DNA from: a virus
Taxonomy: Duplodnaviria > Caudoviricetes
Virus record (IMG/VR): IMGVR_UViG_3300020577_005688
Coordinates: 1 to 64,000 of that record
Length of the DNA: 64,000 bases
Reading direction: 5' to 3' (one strand)
How positions within the stretch are numbered: the first letter of the stretch is position 1; each line of letters opens with the position of its first letter. This document shows, piece by piece, positions 1-8,386 of the stretch. The notes below the pieces were generated by a model. That model made no database searches, was not told the DNA's origin, and was given only the letters and a program-made list of their open reading frames with translations. The translations under genes were made by a program, and so were the position numbers.

Positions 1-150
1 TGTGTTTCAGCGCTCGCCTCTGGGCCCAGGTTCGAAGAGTTCCTGAAGGTGATGTTGGATGAGGCCTATGAGAGAGCTGCCATCCTCTGGGTGATTCCTG
101 AGAAGAAAGCAACTGAACGGCCCCATACTGGGGAGAAAGAATCGAAATGA
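1..150 (+). CDS. Partial (5'-truncated) hypothetical protein
   Basis: Frame 1 is open from base 1 to TGA 148-150, overlapping the helicase start (ATGA). Confidence 0.5.
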   Translation, partial: CVSALASGPRFEEFLKVMLDEAYERAAILWVIPEKKATERPHTGEKESK

Positions 151-1991
151 CGAATCCAGACTATCTATTCCAGCAGAAGTTGGTCTTTCACTGCCTTGAG
201 CATCTCAAGTCGAGTAGAGGGGTGGTTCTGGCGGCCACTCCAGGGGCAGGCAAGACGGAGATGAGCATTGATGTCATCAGAAACTGGCTTGAGGAGAACA
301 AGAGCCAGAAGGTGCTGGTACTGACACATGGGCAAACGGTGCTGCGCAGCCAGTACTTCAACCGCCTTCAGCGCCGAGAGCGTAGTTTCAGCTTTGGGAT
401 GCTGAATTCAAAGAATCCTTCAAGTGAGGACAGTGTTCAGGTGGCTCTTCCTCACCACTTCGTCAATAGGAAGGTGGAGAAGTATGGACTCATCGTCATC
501 GATGAAGCCCATCACTTCTTCTCCGCTCCGATGGTTCAGAACGTGCTGAAAGCGAATCCTGAAGCCAAACTGCTCATGTTGACTGGGACGCCGTCGCCCT
601 TCATCGCAATGAAGACGTTCCCAATTGTGAGCTTTACGGCCTCTCAGTTGCTGGAACAGGGTGTCATCACCGATCCATTCATCGAGCTGGTGAAGACAAA
701 GCTGCCCTTCACGTTGAAGAACTTCAACAAACAGGACAACCTGGTAGAGGGTGCCGAGTTCACTTCAAAGCAAGTGAACAGTTCGTTGGATTCCGCTCTG
801 AGCCAGCTCCTCAACACCCTCACAGCTCGTTTGAAGGGTACGAGGAACCCGAAACGCTACTTCAAAAAGCTCTCAGGCAAGAAGTTGAAGAGTGCTCTGG
901 CACAGCTCGATTTCGGTAAGACGATGGTCATCTGCCACAGACAGGACCAAGCCAGAGATGTGGTGGCCTACTTCAAAGCCAAGGGCATCTCCGCCCTGTT
1001 GAGCGTCAGTGATGATGACACGGACAGTGCCAATGTGGAGCTCTTTAGGACAGACTCCACGAAGGTGTTGGTGGTGGTCAACCGAGCAACTCTTGGGTTT
1101 GACCTGCCTTCCCTGCGCAACATCATCGATCTCTCGATGACGCACAATCCAGACCGCATCTTCCAAGCCCTTTGCCGTGTCGTGAGGCGTGGGTTGAATG
1201 GAGAGAAGAAGACGTTCATCAAGGTGACCACAGATGGACTGGCGGCTCTCACCTACGTCGTAATGAGCTTCGTCGTAGCGCTGTCTCTGCCTGAGTACTA
1301 CGAGACATTCGACGGAAGGTGGAAGGATCGAAAGGTTCGAATCAAGAGATCCTCAGGCCCAAGCGGCAAGCACACTGGTGAGGGAAGGCACAAATCACCG
1401 TGGGAGGACCTGCTACCGCTTCCGTCGCTGATCGACATCAAGGGGATGATGAGTGCTGATTCTAGTCTCTACGCCTACACGACATTCAATGAAGTAAGAG
1501 CTCGTCTCGGCAAAGGAGTTTCTAAGGGATTCTGGACCAAAGAGAGATGCCTTGAAGAGGCCAAGAGACACCAATCTCGTAACTCTTTTCAACGGGAAGC
1601 AAAGGGAGCCTATAACTCAGCTTGGAGGAATGGATGGTACGAAGAGCTGTGTGAGGCAGTTTGGCCAGGAAAGAAGGTTAAAGGTTTCTGGAACAAGGAG
1701 CAGTGCGCTTTGGCAGCAAAGAAGTGTACTACTTCAACAGAGTTCCACAAAAGATTCCCAGGAGCTGCAGGAGCTGCAGCCCGTGAAGGGTGGTTGAAAG
1801 AAGTCACAAACCACTTCTCTCAGAAGCAGAAACCAACGGGATTCTGGAATGTAGAACGTATTGCCAAAGAAGCTGCCAAGTACCAAGAGAGGACCAAGTT
1901 CTTTGAAGGCAGCCCCAGTGCGTACGTTAGAGCTAGCCAATTAGGGATACTCGACGAAGTGTGTAAACACATGCCAAAGAAGGTTAGGTAG
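147..1991 (+). CDS. Superfamily 2 (DExH) helicase with three C-terminal ~52-aa repeats
   Basis: Walker A ATPGAGKT, DEAH, LTGTP, LGFDLP and QALCRVVR motifs; three GFW-x-(K/V)E repeats at the C-terminus. Confidence 0.9.
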   Translation: MTNPDYLFQQKLVFHCLEHLKSSRGVVLAATPGAGKTEMSIDVIRNWLEENKSQKVLVLTHGQTVLRSQYFNRLQRRERSFSFGMLNSKNPSSEDSVQVALPHHFVNRKVEKYGLIVIDEAHHFFSAPMVQNVLKANPEAKLLMLTGTPSPFIAMKTFPIVSFTASQLLEQGVITDPFIELVKTKLPFTLKNFNKQDNLVEGAEFTSKQVNSSLDSALSQLLNTLTARLKGTRNPKRYFKKLSGKKLKSALAQLDFGKTMVICHRQDQARDVVAYFKAKGISALLSVSDDDTDSANVELFRTDSTKVLVVVNRATLGFDLPSLRNIIDLSMTHNPDRIFQALCRVVRRGLNGEKKTFIKVTTDGLAALTYVVMSFVVALSLPEYYETFDGRWKDRKVRIKRSSGPSGKHTGEGRHKSPWEDLLPLPSLIDIKGMMSADSSLYAYTTFNEVRARLGKGVSKGFWTKERCLEEAKRHQSRNSFQREAKGAYNSAWRNGWYEELCEAVWPGKKVKGFWNKEQCALAAKKCTTSTEFHKRFPGAAGAAAREGWLKEVTNHFSQKQKPTGFWNVERIAKEAAKYQERTKFFEGSPSAYVRASQLGILDEVCKHMPKKVR

Positions 1992-2047
1992 TCCAATCGG
2001 CCCGAAAGGCCGTTTCAAAATAACTCCTTCCTGGAGAAAGACACTTC

Positions 2048-2422
2048 ATGAAGATGCCGCTCCCAGCATTCTCCTACTCTCAGAAGACGATTCCTGAGGG
2101 CTATCAATGCAGCGTCTGCAACAAGACAGGCGTAAAACTCTGGAGGGAGTATCAGACCTTCTTGGACCACCAATCCTTGAGCTGTGCGGATTGCGCCATG
2201 AAGAGAGCTGAGAAGAACAACTCAGGCTGCAGGTATGTGGGGCCGGTCAGTGCGAAGGGCACTCTCAAAGTCGAGTACACCAAGCACGGCCATTCCCATG
2301 AGACGGACACGATTGGCTGGCTGGTTCCAGCCGTGCCGACCGAAGATGGTGGGACGTTCTGGGGCTACACCTCAGTGCCGAGAGAGGGCGTTGATTGGTG
2401 GAGGCAGATTCCTTCAGAGTAA
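2048..2422 (+). CDS. Hypothetical protein with two CxxC motifs
   Basis: GGAGA RBS; CSVC and CADC; Trp-rich C-terminus. Confidence 0.75.
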   Translation: MKMPLPAFSYSQKTIPEGYQCSVCNKTGVKLWREYQTFLDHQSLSCADCAMKRAEKNNSGCRYVGPVSAKGTLKVEYTKHGHSHETDTIGWLVPAVPTEDGGTFWGYTSVPREGVDWWRQIPSE

Positions 2423-2454
2423 TGACTTAATCTTTATAAATATCCCCATGCTGT

Positions 2455-2535
2455 CGTTCCATATGGAACGGGGGTAGGCGTAAAGACGGTGTTCGGGGCT
2501 ACTAGCGTGCGTTTTAACGAACGCACGCTAGTAGC
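2455..2535. repeat. Intergenic palindrome and hairpin cluster
   Basis: 16-bp palindrome CGTTCCATATGGAACG at 2455-2470; 16-bp perfect stem 2498-2513/2520-2535. Confidence 0.85.
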
Positions 2536-2598
2536 TGGTACATGCGAATCTTTAAAATAAGCATTAGCCCTCGCTAGGACAGAACCACGACATCTCTG

Positions 2599-2606
2599 GG
2601 CATAAG
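2599..2606 (+). promoter_or_regulatory. GGYATAAG motif (putative phage promoter)
   Basis: GGCATAAG upstream of the 2657 ORF; the motif recurs before many + strand cassettes. Confidence 0.55.
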
Positions 2607-2656
2607 GACACAATGCGAACAATCACGTTCGCTCTCATCGAATGCGAGGCGGAGAA

Positions 2657-2923
2657 ATGAAGATTGAGAATGCCGACATCTATGAAGCGTCCCCTGACAT
2701 CGACGTGTTCTCTTGGAGCCCAACACCTCAATCAGAGGTCGATGCAGGGAAGCCTCAAGCACCCTCCACTCAGGTTCATCTGTTCTTCAAACTGAGCATT
2801 GGGAAGGTGATGCTTCGGTTCAAAGGACCTGGGACGCTCGATTCTCTGATTGGCGCTCTCATCAAGCATCGAGTGGATGTGTGGGGAGCTCCTCAAGACC
2901 ACAAGACCTGGTTGGCGAAATAA
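2657..2923 (+). CDS. Hypothetical protein
   Basis: ORF in track; start placed at the ATG after GGAGA; stop overlaps the next start (TAATG). Confidence 0.65.
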   Translation: MKIENADIYEASPDIDVFSWSPTPQSEVDAGKPQAPSTQVHLFFKLSIGKVMLRFKGPGTLDSLIGALIKHRVDVWGAPQDHKTWLAK

Positions 2924-3354
2924 TGCTGCTCTACATCTGGGTTCAGCTGAGAGTGAGGTTCGAGTATCTGTTGATGTTTCCCTCGCTCCTTCGAGAGTCT
3001 TTTCGAATCTCCTTCATCTGGGGTGATAACGAACAACTACTCAAGAAGAGAATGGCGGAGTTCACTGCCCGAAAGCTCCTGAAGAAGTGGATTCCCATCC
3101 AAGTCGCGAGCGCCCTCGAATCGATTCGAGAGCAGAAGCCAGTCCCTCGACTCAAAGAGGCTTGGTTCTACATGGTCGGCAAACAGGTCATCTACGAGCT
3201 CATGCATGCGGGCTGGGACCCTCTCAGAGCACATATGCTGATTGACCGTATTGTCCGTGAAGAGGCCCTCAAACAAGAGCCTACGGCAGAGATGAGGGCA
3301 GCCTGGGTAAGGGATGATGGCTCAGAAGGCCTACCCTGGGAAAAAGACGGCTAG
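2923..3354 (+). CDS. Hypothetical protein
   Basis: TAATG coupling to the upstream gene; hydrophobic N-terminus. Confidence 0.65.
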   Translation: MLLYIWVQLRVRFEYLLMFPSLLRESFRISFIWGDNEQLLKKRMAEFTARKLLKKWIPIQVASALESIREQKPVPRLKEAWFYMVGKQVIYELMHAGWDPLRAHMLIDRIVREEALKQEPTAEMRAAWVRDDGSEGLPWEKDG

Positions 3355-3359
3355 AGCCC

Positions 3360-3377
3360 GGTATAAGCCTTTTGAAG
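3360..3377 (+). promoter_or_regulatory. GGYATAAG motif (putative phage promoter)
   Basis: GGTATAAGccTTTTGAAG. Confidence 0.65.
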
Positions 3378-3433
3378 CCAAGGTACTCACGCCTTGCTTC
3401 AACACCCTTCTTGGGTGGAAAAAGGAGAAGCAC

Positions 3434-3625
3434 ATGAACTGGAATGCCATCTGGAATTCGATCAAGCCCAACCTCGTCTTCGCAGGCAAAGTCGCCGCGG
3501 GAACGGTGATCGCCATGGGGACGCAGTCCCTGGTGATCACTGCGAACAACGCCTGGCAGGACTGGCGCGAGGACTCCAAGGCGAAGAAGAAGCTGGAAGA
3601 GAAAGAAGTGAAGCAGGCTGCCTAA
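3434..3625 (+). CDS. Small predicted single-pass membrane protein (63 aa)
   Basis: AAGGAGA RBS, hydrophobic segment, GC3-rich codons, own promoter motif and terminator. Confidence 0.75.
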   Translation: MNWNAIWNSIKPNLVFAGKVAAGTVIAMGTQSLVITANNAWQDWREDSKAKKKLEEKEVKQAA

Positions 3626-3640
3626 GCTGTAAGGCGGCTT

Positions 3641-3682
3641 GAGAGAGCTCGTTCATCCCCCCTGGATGAGCTCTCTCTTTTT
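3641..3682 (+). terminator. Intrinsic terminator
   Basis: GAGAGAGCTC/GAGCTCTCTC stem followed by a T-run. Confidence 0.75.
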
Positions 3683-3712
3683 AGGCTTTGGAGCAATTCC
3701 TCGAATTACGTG

Positions 3713-3730
3713 GTCATAAGCCCTTTGAAG
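3713..3730 (+). promoter_or_regulatory. Promoter motif variant
   Basis: GTCATAAGcccTTTGAAG, near-identical context to the 3360 copy. Confidence 0.6.
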
Positions 3731-3771
3731 TGAAGGCTGGGATTCGCCCGCTTTCTACAAAGGAGATGACA

Positions 3772-4518
3772 ATGCGTTCTTTCATTCTGGCAGTTGTGGT
3801 GCTGATGGGCTGCAACTCGAATGTTGTTCCAGCCTCTGATTCATTCGCTGTCTCTCTCCAAGTGGAGCAGAGCGATGCTGGTGCGTGGCTCATCGATTCT
3901 GATGGAGGCCGCGCTTTTGTCTCGAATGGTCGAGACGGTGTGAAGGGAGAGAAGGGTGACACTGGAGCTCAGGGCGCTCAAGGTGTTCAGGGCATCCAAG
4001 GCCCTCAGGGCGTTCAGGGACAGCAGGGCATTCAAGGTCCTCAAGGACTGACGCCTGCCTCTCCGACTCTCTACTCAACTGATGGTGGAGTCATCGGATA
4101 CGGAATGTACTTGGGCAACAACAACATCCTCGAAACAGTGTTCCTGCCGAGCGAACGTTGTCTGGCCTACGTCGGTTGGGAACCTTCTACAGATGGAGGT
4201 TCTCAAGTTCAACCTATTCCGGACGCCATTCTCTTCGAAGGAACTGCATGCAGTGGAGTTGCGTTTATTCTCACCAATACTCGCTTCTTTCCGAGTGGCT
4301 GCTATCGGGAAGCGAATGATCCGAATGGGCAGATCTTCAAAGCAGTTCAGCCCATCCAGCCTCGTCGATTCTCTGCTGTATCTCGAATGGTTCGTTTCTC
4401 AACTCCAAGCGGGACCACAGTTCAATGCACTCCGTGGAACTCAAATGGAGTGGGTGTTGAAGTGACGTTCGCAACTCTTCCAAAAGTAGAGTTCCCAATC
4501 ACCATCGGTCTTCGTTGA
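3772..4518 (+). CDS. Collagen-like lipoprotein
   Basis: AGGAG RBS; signal peptide with lipobox LMGC; about 14 G-X-Y triplets; Cys-containing C-terminal domain; several DGG/DAG motifs. Confidence 0.8.
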   Translation: MRSFILAVVVLMGCNSNVVPASDSFAVSLQVEQSDAGAWLIDSDGGRAFVSNGRDGVKGEKGDTGAQGAQGVQGIQGPQGVQGQQGIQGPQGLTPASPTLYSTDGGVIGYGMYLGNNNILETVFLPSERCLAYVGWEPSTDGGSQVQPIPDAILFEGTACSGVAFILTNTRFFPSGCYREANDPNGQIFKAVQPIQPRRFSAVSRMVRFSTPSGTTVQCTPWNSNGVGVEVTFATLPKVEFPITIGLR

Positions 4519-4521
4519 AGA

Positions 4522-4552
4522 AAGAGAAACACTCCAAAAGAGTGTTTCTTCT
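4522..4552 (+). terminator. Intrinsic terminator
   Basis: AGAAACACTC/GAGTGTTTCT stem with a T-rich tail. Confidence 0.65.
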
Positions 4553-4578
4553 TACCATTCAGAAGGGCTCTTTATGGT

Positions 4579-4595
4579 GGCATAAGAGCTTTGAG
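4579..4595 (+). promoter_or_regulatory. GGYATAAG motif (putative phage promoter)
   Basis: GGCATAAGagcTTTGAG. Confidence 0.65.
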
Positions 4596-4744
4596 CGACG
4601 TCCTTCGTAGCTTCCAATGTAGAGTTTCCGGAAGTGCCATCTATGTTGGATTTCTTACCTCAGATTGAGGCTGCAATAGGCACATAGAGCGGTGCAAATC
4701 TGTTTCCACTGAAAGCTTTCTTTCACTCCTTGTGAGGACTCAAA

Positions 4745-4974
4745 TGCTCATCAAAGTAACGAACTACTGCTCAATGGGATGCAGCCACTGCATGGAAGAC
4801 TCGACAGTGGCTGGGAAGCATATGACGGATGAGACGTTCGAGAAGGCACTCGAACAGACCATTCGTCTCGAACACGAAGCGTGGTCTGCAGGTGCTCCTC
4901 CATTCGTGTTGTTGAGTGGTGACTCTTGCCCTGTGGTGGTTCTCCTAGAAATAGAGCGAATGGAGCAGGTATAA
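4745..4974 (+). pseudogene. Truncated radical SAM protein fragment
   Basis: ATG after GAGG; TNYCSMGCSHC (CxxxCxxC) then LLSG, but the frame ends where GGEP is expected (~75 aa). Confidence 0.7.
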
Positions 4975-4985
4975 GACGTTAGAGG
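4968..4985 (+). promoter_or_regulatory. GGYATAAG motif (putative phage promoter)
   Basis: GGTATAAGacgTTAGAGG; its TAA is the stop codon of the radical SAM fragment. Confidence 0.6.
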
Positions 4986-5030
4986 TAATCACCTCAATGC
5001 TCTATTTGAGCAACCAAAAAGGAGAGGGAC

Positions 5031-5828
5031 ATGACGGCAACGGAATTCATTCGGAAGTTCTTTGTCGAGAATCCGAAAGCATCGGTCAACGACTGCGCTC
5101 GGGAGATGGACAAGGTGAAGGTCGAGGGAACCTTCGACACTGGTCTCATCAGTCGCATTCGTATGAAGGAGCGGCAGAAGACGATGCCTGCAGCTGCTCC
5201 TGTCATTCCAGATAAGGGGAAGCCGCTCTTCCAACCTCCAATCGTGAGGAAGAAAGAGTGGCGAGATGGTCAGACATGGTGGAAAGACACCAAACCAAAG
5301 GAGGTGGAGAAGGTGGAGGAAAAGGTCGAAGCTCCCAAGGAAGTAACTCCTCCAGAGTCCGAGAGCATCACGACGAAGAAGCGTCGCTTCGTGAACTCCT
5401 ACGTGGAGAAGCTCACCTCAGAGGAGTTGGCAAAGCAGACTTGCCACTCAGTGCAGGAGGCTGTGAAGAAAGAGTTCACTACTGGACTCGACTTCAAGTA
5501 CGTGGCTGAGACTCTTCGCATCGCAAAGGAGATGGCAAACATCCCCATGAAGCGAGCCACTGTGAAGAAGAAGGCCCCTGCTCAGAAGACTGCAAAGTCC
5601 GTCTCGAAGAAGGTCACAAAGACCAAGGACCAGACAAAGCAGTCCTTCGATCGAATTGTCTCTTGGGGTTCGAACAACTTCAAGATTCTTCCAGAGGAGC
5701 GAGTGCGCTCGTTCGTTGGAGATCTCCTGATGGGCACTGGAGAGGATGCAACGATGACGGACCCGGCAACCATTCGAGTGTGGAAGCCCGTTCCATCCAA
5801 GATTCGACTGCAGATCGACATCGGCTGA
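5031..5828 (+). CDS. Lys-rich hypothetical protein (possible DNA binding)
   Basis: AAGGAG RBS; 265-aa ORF with phage-like codon usage. Confidence 0.8.
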   Translation: MTATEFIRKFFVENPKASVNDCAREMDKVKVEGTFDTGLISRIRMKERQKTMPAAAPVIPDKGKPLFQPPIVRKKEWRDGQTWWKDTKPKEVEKVEEKVEAPKEVTPPESESITTKKRRFVNSYVEKLTSEELAKQTCHSVQEAVKKEFTTGLDFKYVAETLRIAKEMANIPMKRATVKKKAPAQKTAKSVSKKVTKTKDQTKQSFDRIVSWGSNNFKILPEERVRSFVGDLLMGTGEDATMTDPATIRVWKPVPSKIRLQIDIG

Positions 5829-5947
5829 TTCAACACCCCACCCTTGACCAGGGCTTACCACTTGCACACGTTGTGCATGGGGGTGTTGGGGAGAACTTGC
5901 ATTGTGCAAGTTCTTCTTTAGCTCTCAGCAAAGATGAGACAGTCCAT

Positions 5948-5965
5948 GGCATAAGAGTATTGAAG
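5948..5965 (+). promoter_or_regulatory. GGYATAAG motif (putative phage promoter)
   Basis: GGCATAAGagtATTGAAG. Confidence 0.65.
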
Positions 5966-6130
5966 AAAAGAATTTGGCCAGTTCGCTTTTCTTCATCTAT
6001 GGATTGGTGAACCTCTGACTGGACTCTTTGGTTCCACCCCTCCTTCCAACGAGCACAGAAGACTCACCACTCGTGGATGTTGTTCGAACTGGTAGCCGGG
6101 TCTTGCACGCACCAAGACCCGGCTTTTTTT
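5962..6130 (+). ncRNA. Putative ~165-nt structured small RNA (rod hairpin with CCUCCU loop plus terminator)
   Basis: Bounded by the promoter motif and a strong terminator; nested helices 5978-5985/6085-6092, 5994-6001/6072-6079, 6005-6010/6064-6069 and 6028-6031/6046-6049; no credible ORF. Confidence 0.6.
6095..6130 (+). terminator. Intrinsic terminator
   Basis: GCCGGGTCTTG/CAAGACCCGGC followed by T7. Confidence 0.9.
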
Positions 6131-6181
6131 CATCTTAGAGCCATCCAGGGCTCACTCAACCAACACACAGAAAGGACACTG

Positions 6182-6298
6182 ATGAAGAGACTCATCGACT
6201 GGGTCAAGAGGGAAATTGCTTGGTGGCGATTTCATCGAGACATGGCCGAGAAAGCAGTTCATCTGCAACCTGCAGTTCAAAGGAGTTCGAAGAGATAA
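6182..6298 (+). CDS. Small hypothetical protein (38 aa)
   Basis: AAGGA RBS before ATG 6182. Confidence 0.5.
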   Translation: MKRLIDWVKREIAWWRFHRDMAEKAVHLQPAVQRSSKR

Positions 6299-6329
6299 GT
6301 AAAATGTAGGAAGAAATTCGTCTTCCTAC

Positions 6330-6833
6330 GTGCGTAGTTTCACAGAGGGGAGTGCGTTTGTGCGTATCGAAGGACCAAAAGCGGATTTGATTGTTTCGGG
6401 GATCATCAATCTCATTCAGAGCATGACGTCGACGCTGCAGGAGGTGGGAAGTGCAGCGAGGGCGTACGCGAAGAAGACTGAGTGGGAGTACGAGATCATC
6501 CATCGGCGTTCTCCTGTGACGGACGAGGAGATCGCCAAGGACGATGCAATCATGAAGATGGAACACGACGCTCGTGAGCGGGAGGCCCGAGTCCGCCTCC
6601 TGGAGGTCCAGGCTCGCGAGGAGTTGGCCAAAGCCCAAAAGGCTGAGGCCATCGTTCGGCTCAAGACAGCATCAGTGCGGCAGAACCAGCAGCGTCAGGC
6701 GCAGAGCCAGCAGTCGCGTCCGAAGTTGCCGCCGTTCAATGAAGTCATGAAGGGGGAAACGGTGAAGAAGCAAGGAGAGGGGCAACTCACCCACAGTCTG
6801 GGTGAAAAGCTGAAGAGCGACCAGCCTTCCTGA
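6330..6833 (+). CDS. Coiled-coil hypothetical protein
   Basis: ORF followed by a hairpin at 6843-6865; start uncertain. Confidence 0.7.
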   Translation: MRSFTEGSAFVRIEGPKADLIVSGIINLIQSMTSTLQEVGSAARAYAKKTEWEYEIIHRRSPVTDEEIAKDDAIMKMEHDAREREARVRLLEVQAREELAKAQKAEAIVRLKTASVRQNQQRQAQSQQSRPKLPPFNEVMKGETVKKQGEGQLTHSLGEKLKSDQPS

Positions 6834-7013
6834 TAAGGAAGGAGGACGACCCTTCGGGGTCGTCCTATCATTAACTTTCAGCTTCGAACGACTTGCTCAA
6901 TCAACAGTGGCTTATCTGTCATGAGAGCCAAATACACCACACCGCATGCTTCGCAGAGGAAATGAGAAGTCTGCTCTGTTCGAGGCGTGCTCTTGGTCAT
7001 CTTCTTCAAGTTC

Positions 7014-7544
7014 TCATCGACTCTGACCAGTGTCATGTGTTTGCACTTCGTCGCCAAGAGCTGCCTGCCTTTCAAAGAGCTCCATCAGGTCCTGTGGTGA
7101 GACCTCACTCGCAACAAGGTCCCTTGCCCATGGTACTCCACTGAGTTGAAGAACAGAGACAGCCATCTCCGAGCAGAACATAGCCTTCGAGCTCTGAGTG
7201 GGGTTACGCCACCGACGGCTCAGAATACGGCCCAGGATGACCTTGGCCATGCCCAACAAGCCTCCGAAGTCGTACGCACTCCCAAGCCACGTAGCGGCCC
7301 ATTTGAGGCCCTCCTGGAGGTTCTGGCTCGTTGACCAGAGGGCGACCACCTTGTTGTGCTTCTTGAAGCGCTCAAACGGAATGAGACGGAAGCCGAGCTC
7401 ATGGGCCTCCATCACCATGTCCATCTCGAAGTCCTGGTCATAGTACTTAAACCAGGCATGACTTGTTCTACTCTTCGTAATCTTTCGAACAAGCCACGAG
7501 ATGGGATTGAAGTAGCTTGGGGTGCTGAAGCCGATTTGAGTCAT
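7014..7544 (-). CDS. Permuted papain-like NlpC/P60 (YiiX/YebB-like) amidase/peptidase
   Basis: His-before-Cys order: SRTSHAW, YDF and MFCSEM motifs. Confidence 0.8.
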   Translation of the reverse strand: MTQIGFSTPSYFNPISWLVRKITKSRTSHAWFKYYDQDFEMDMVMEAHELGFRLIPFERFKKHNKVVALWSTSQNLQEGLKWAATWLGSAYDFGGLLGMAKVILGRILSRRWRNPTQSSKAMFCSEMAVSVLQLSGVPWARDLVASEVSPQDLMELFERQAALGDEVQTHDTGQSR

Positions 7545-7789
7545 TCCTCTTTCTTAGACCGACTGGACCTCAGTGGGGAGTGCGACAAGAAGCTCTCAAC
7601 CCACTCATCCTCAATACGAGTCCCACAGAAGGGACAGTAGGTTAGAGGAAAGAAGAATGTTCGAACGGGTCGTCCTTTTGAGACAACAACCAGATTGAAC
7701 TCCTGCATTTGGTTGGGAACAACCACCAGCTTCTGAATTGCTTGCTGGAGGTTCTCACATGGTTCGTAGTCACAGACTCTCAGAGACAT
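7541..7789 (-). CDS. Small Zn-ribbon protein
   Basis: CDYEPC and YCPFCG motifs; overlapping stop/start with neighbours. Confidence 0.7.
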   Translation of the reverse strand: MSLRVCDYEPCENLQQAIQKLVVVPNQMQEFNLVVVSKGRPVRTFFFPLTYCPFCGTRIEDEWVESFLSHSPLRSSRSKKEE

Positions 7790-8115
7790 TACTCCACTCC
7801 CCTCGATGAGCGCCTAAAGAGGTAGCCTTCAATCTCAGGGTCAGAGTCACCCTGACGAACAAGAATCTGAAGAGCGATTGCCTCAGGAAAGGTATCCAGC
7901 TCTTCCTCACTGACTCTTGGCCTCTCCAGGATCTGGATAGATGATGGAGGCATCAGGCAGACTCTCCCAAGGGCATCGACCATGAAGACGGCCATCTCGT
8001 CTTTTCGAATGGCATTCGCCCCAACCATCCCAAAGAAGTAGAGAGAAGGACGGTCTCCAGTGACCAAACTGTCTACGGTGAGGGTTTTATCCTCTTGCGG
8101 AGCTTCTTCGCTCAT
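7789..8115 (-). CDS. Hypothetical protein
   Basis: GAGG RBS; coupled to the downstream gene. Confidence 0.7.
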   Translation of the reverse strand: MSEEAPQEDKTLTVDSLVTGDRPSLYFFGMVGANAIRKDEMAVFMVDALGRVCLMPPSSIQILERPRVSEEELDTFPEAIALQILVRQGDSDPEIEGYLFRRSSRGVE

Positions 8116-8149
8116 TTCACTGTCCTCAGAAATCTAACAACCCGTGTCG

Positions 8150-8168
8150 GGCATAAGAAGGTATTGAG
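8150..8168 (+). promoter_or_regulatory. GGYATAAG motif (putative phage promoter)
   Basis: GGCATAAGaaggtATTGAG in a divergent intergenic gap. Confidence 0.6.
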
Positions 8169-8200
8169 AGGGAGTCTTACCCCTTCCTCGGAGAAATGCA

Positions 8201-8386
8201 ATGCCTAGAAACTACTATCGACTTGAGGTGCGTCTTGAGACCGAACTGAAGACCCGTCTTGAGAGACTGAGACGAGAATCAGAGTCCTACACTAAGAAGA
8301 AGGTCTCAATGAATGCCTTAGTCTCTCAAATCATTGAATCGTATCTCGAACGTCTTCCGAAAGAACGTCTTGAAGAAGAAAAGTGA
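8201..8386 (+). CDS. Arc/ribbon-helix-helix DNA-binding protein
   Basis: Pattern LEVRL..ELK.RL...SMNALV..II. Confidence 0.75.
   Translation: MPRNYYRLEVRLETELKTRLERLRRESESYTKKKVSMNALVSQIIESYLERLPKERLEEEK

Noticed and set aside
2440-2600. Possible tmRNA or tRNA
   Set aside because: No acceptor stem/T-arm or stop-terminated tag frame found; kept only as an unexplained structured element.
3928-4047. Short DNA repeats resembling an array
   Set aside because: Explained by collagen G-X-Y codons; no CRISPR repeat-spacer structure seen anywhere in the window.
6878-7075. 65-aa minus-strand Cys/His ORF
   Set aside because: It may be real with a later start (~7033), but it overlaps the amidase and could not be delimited confidently.
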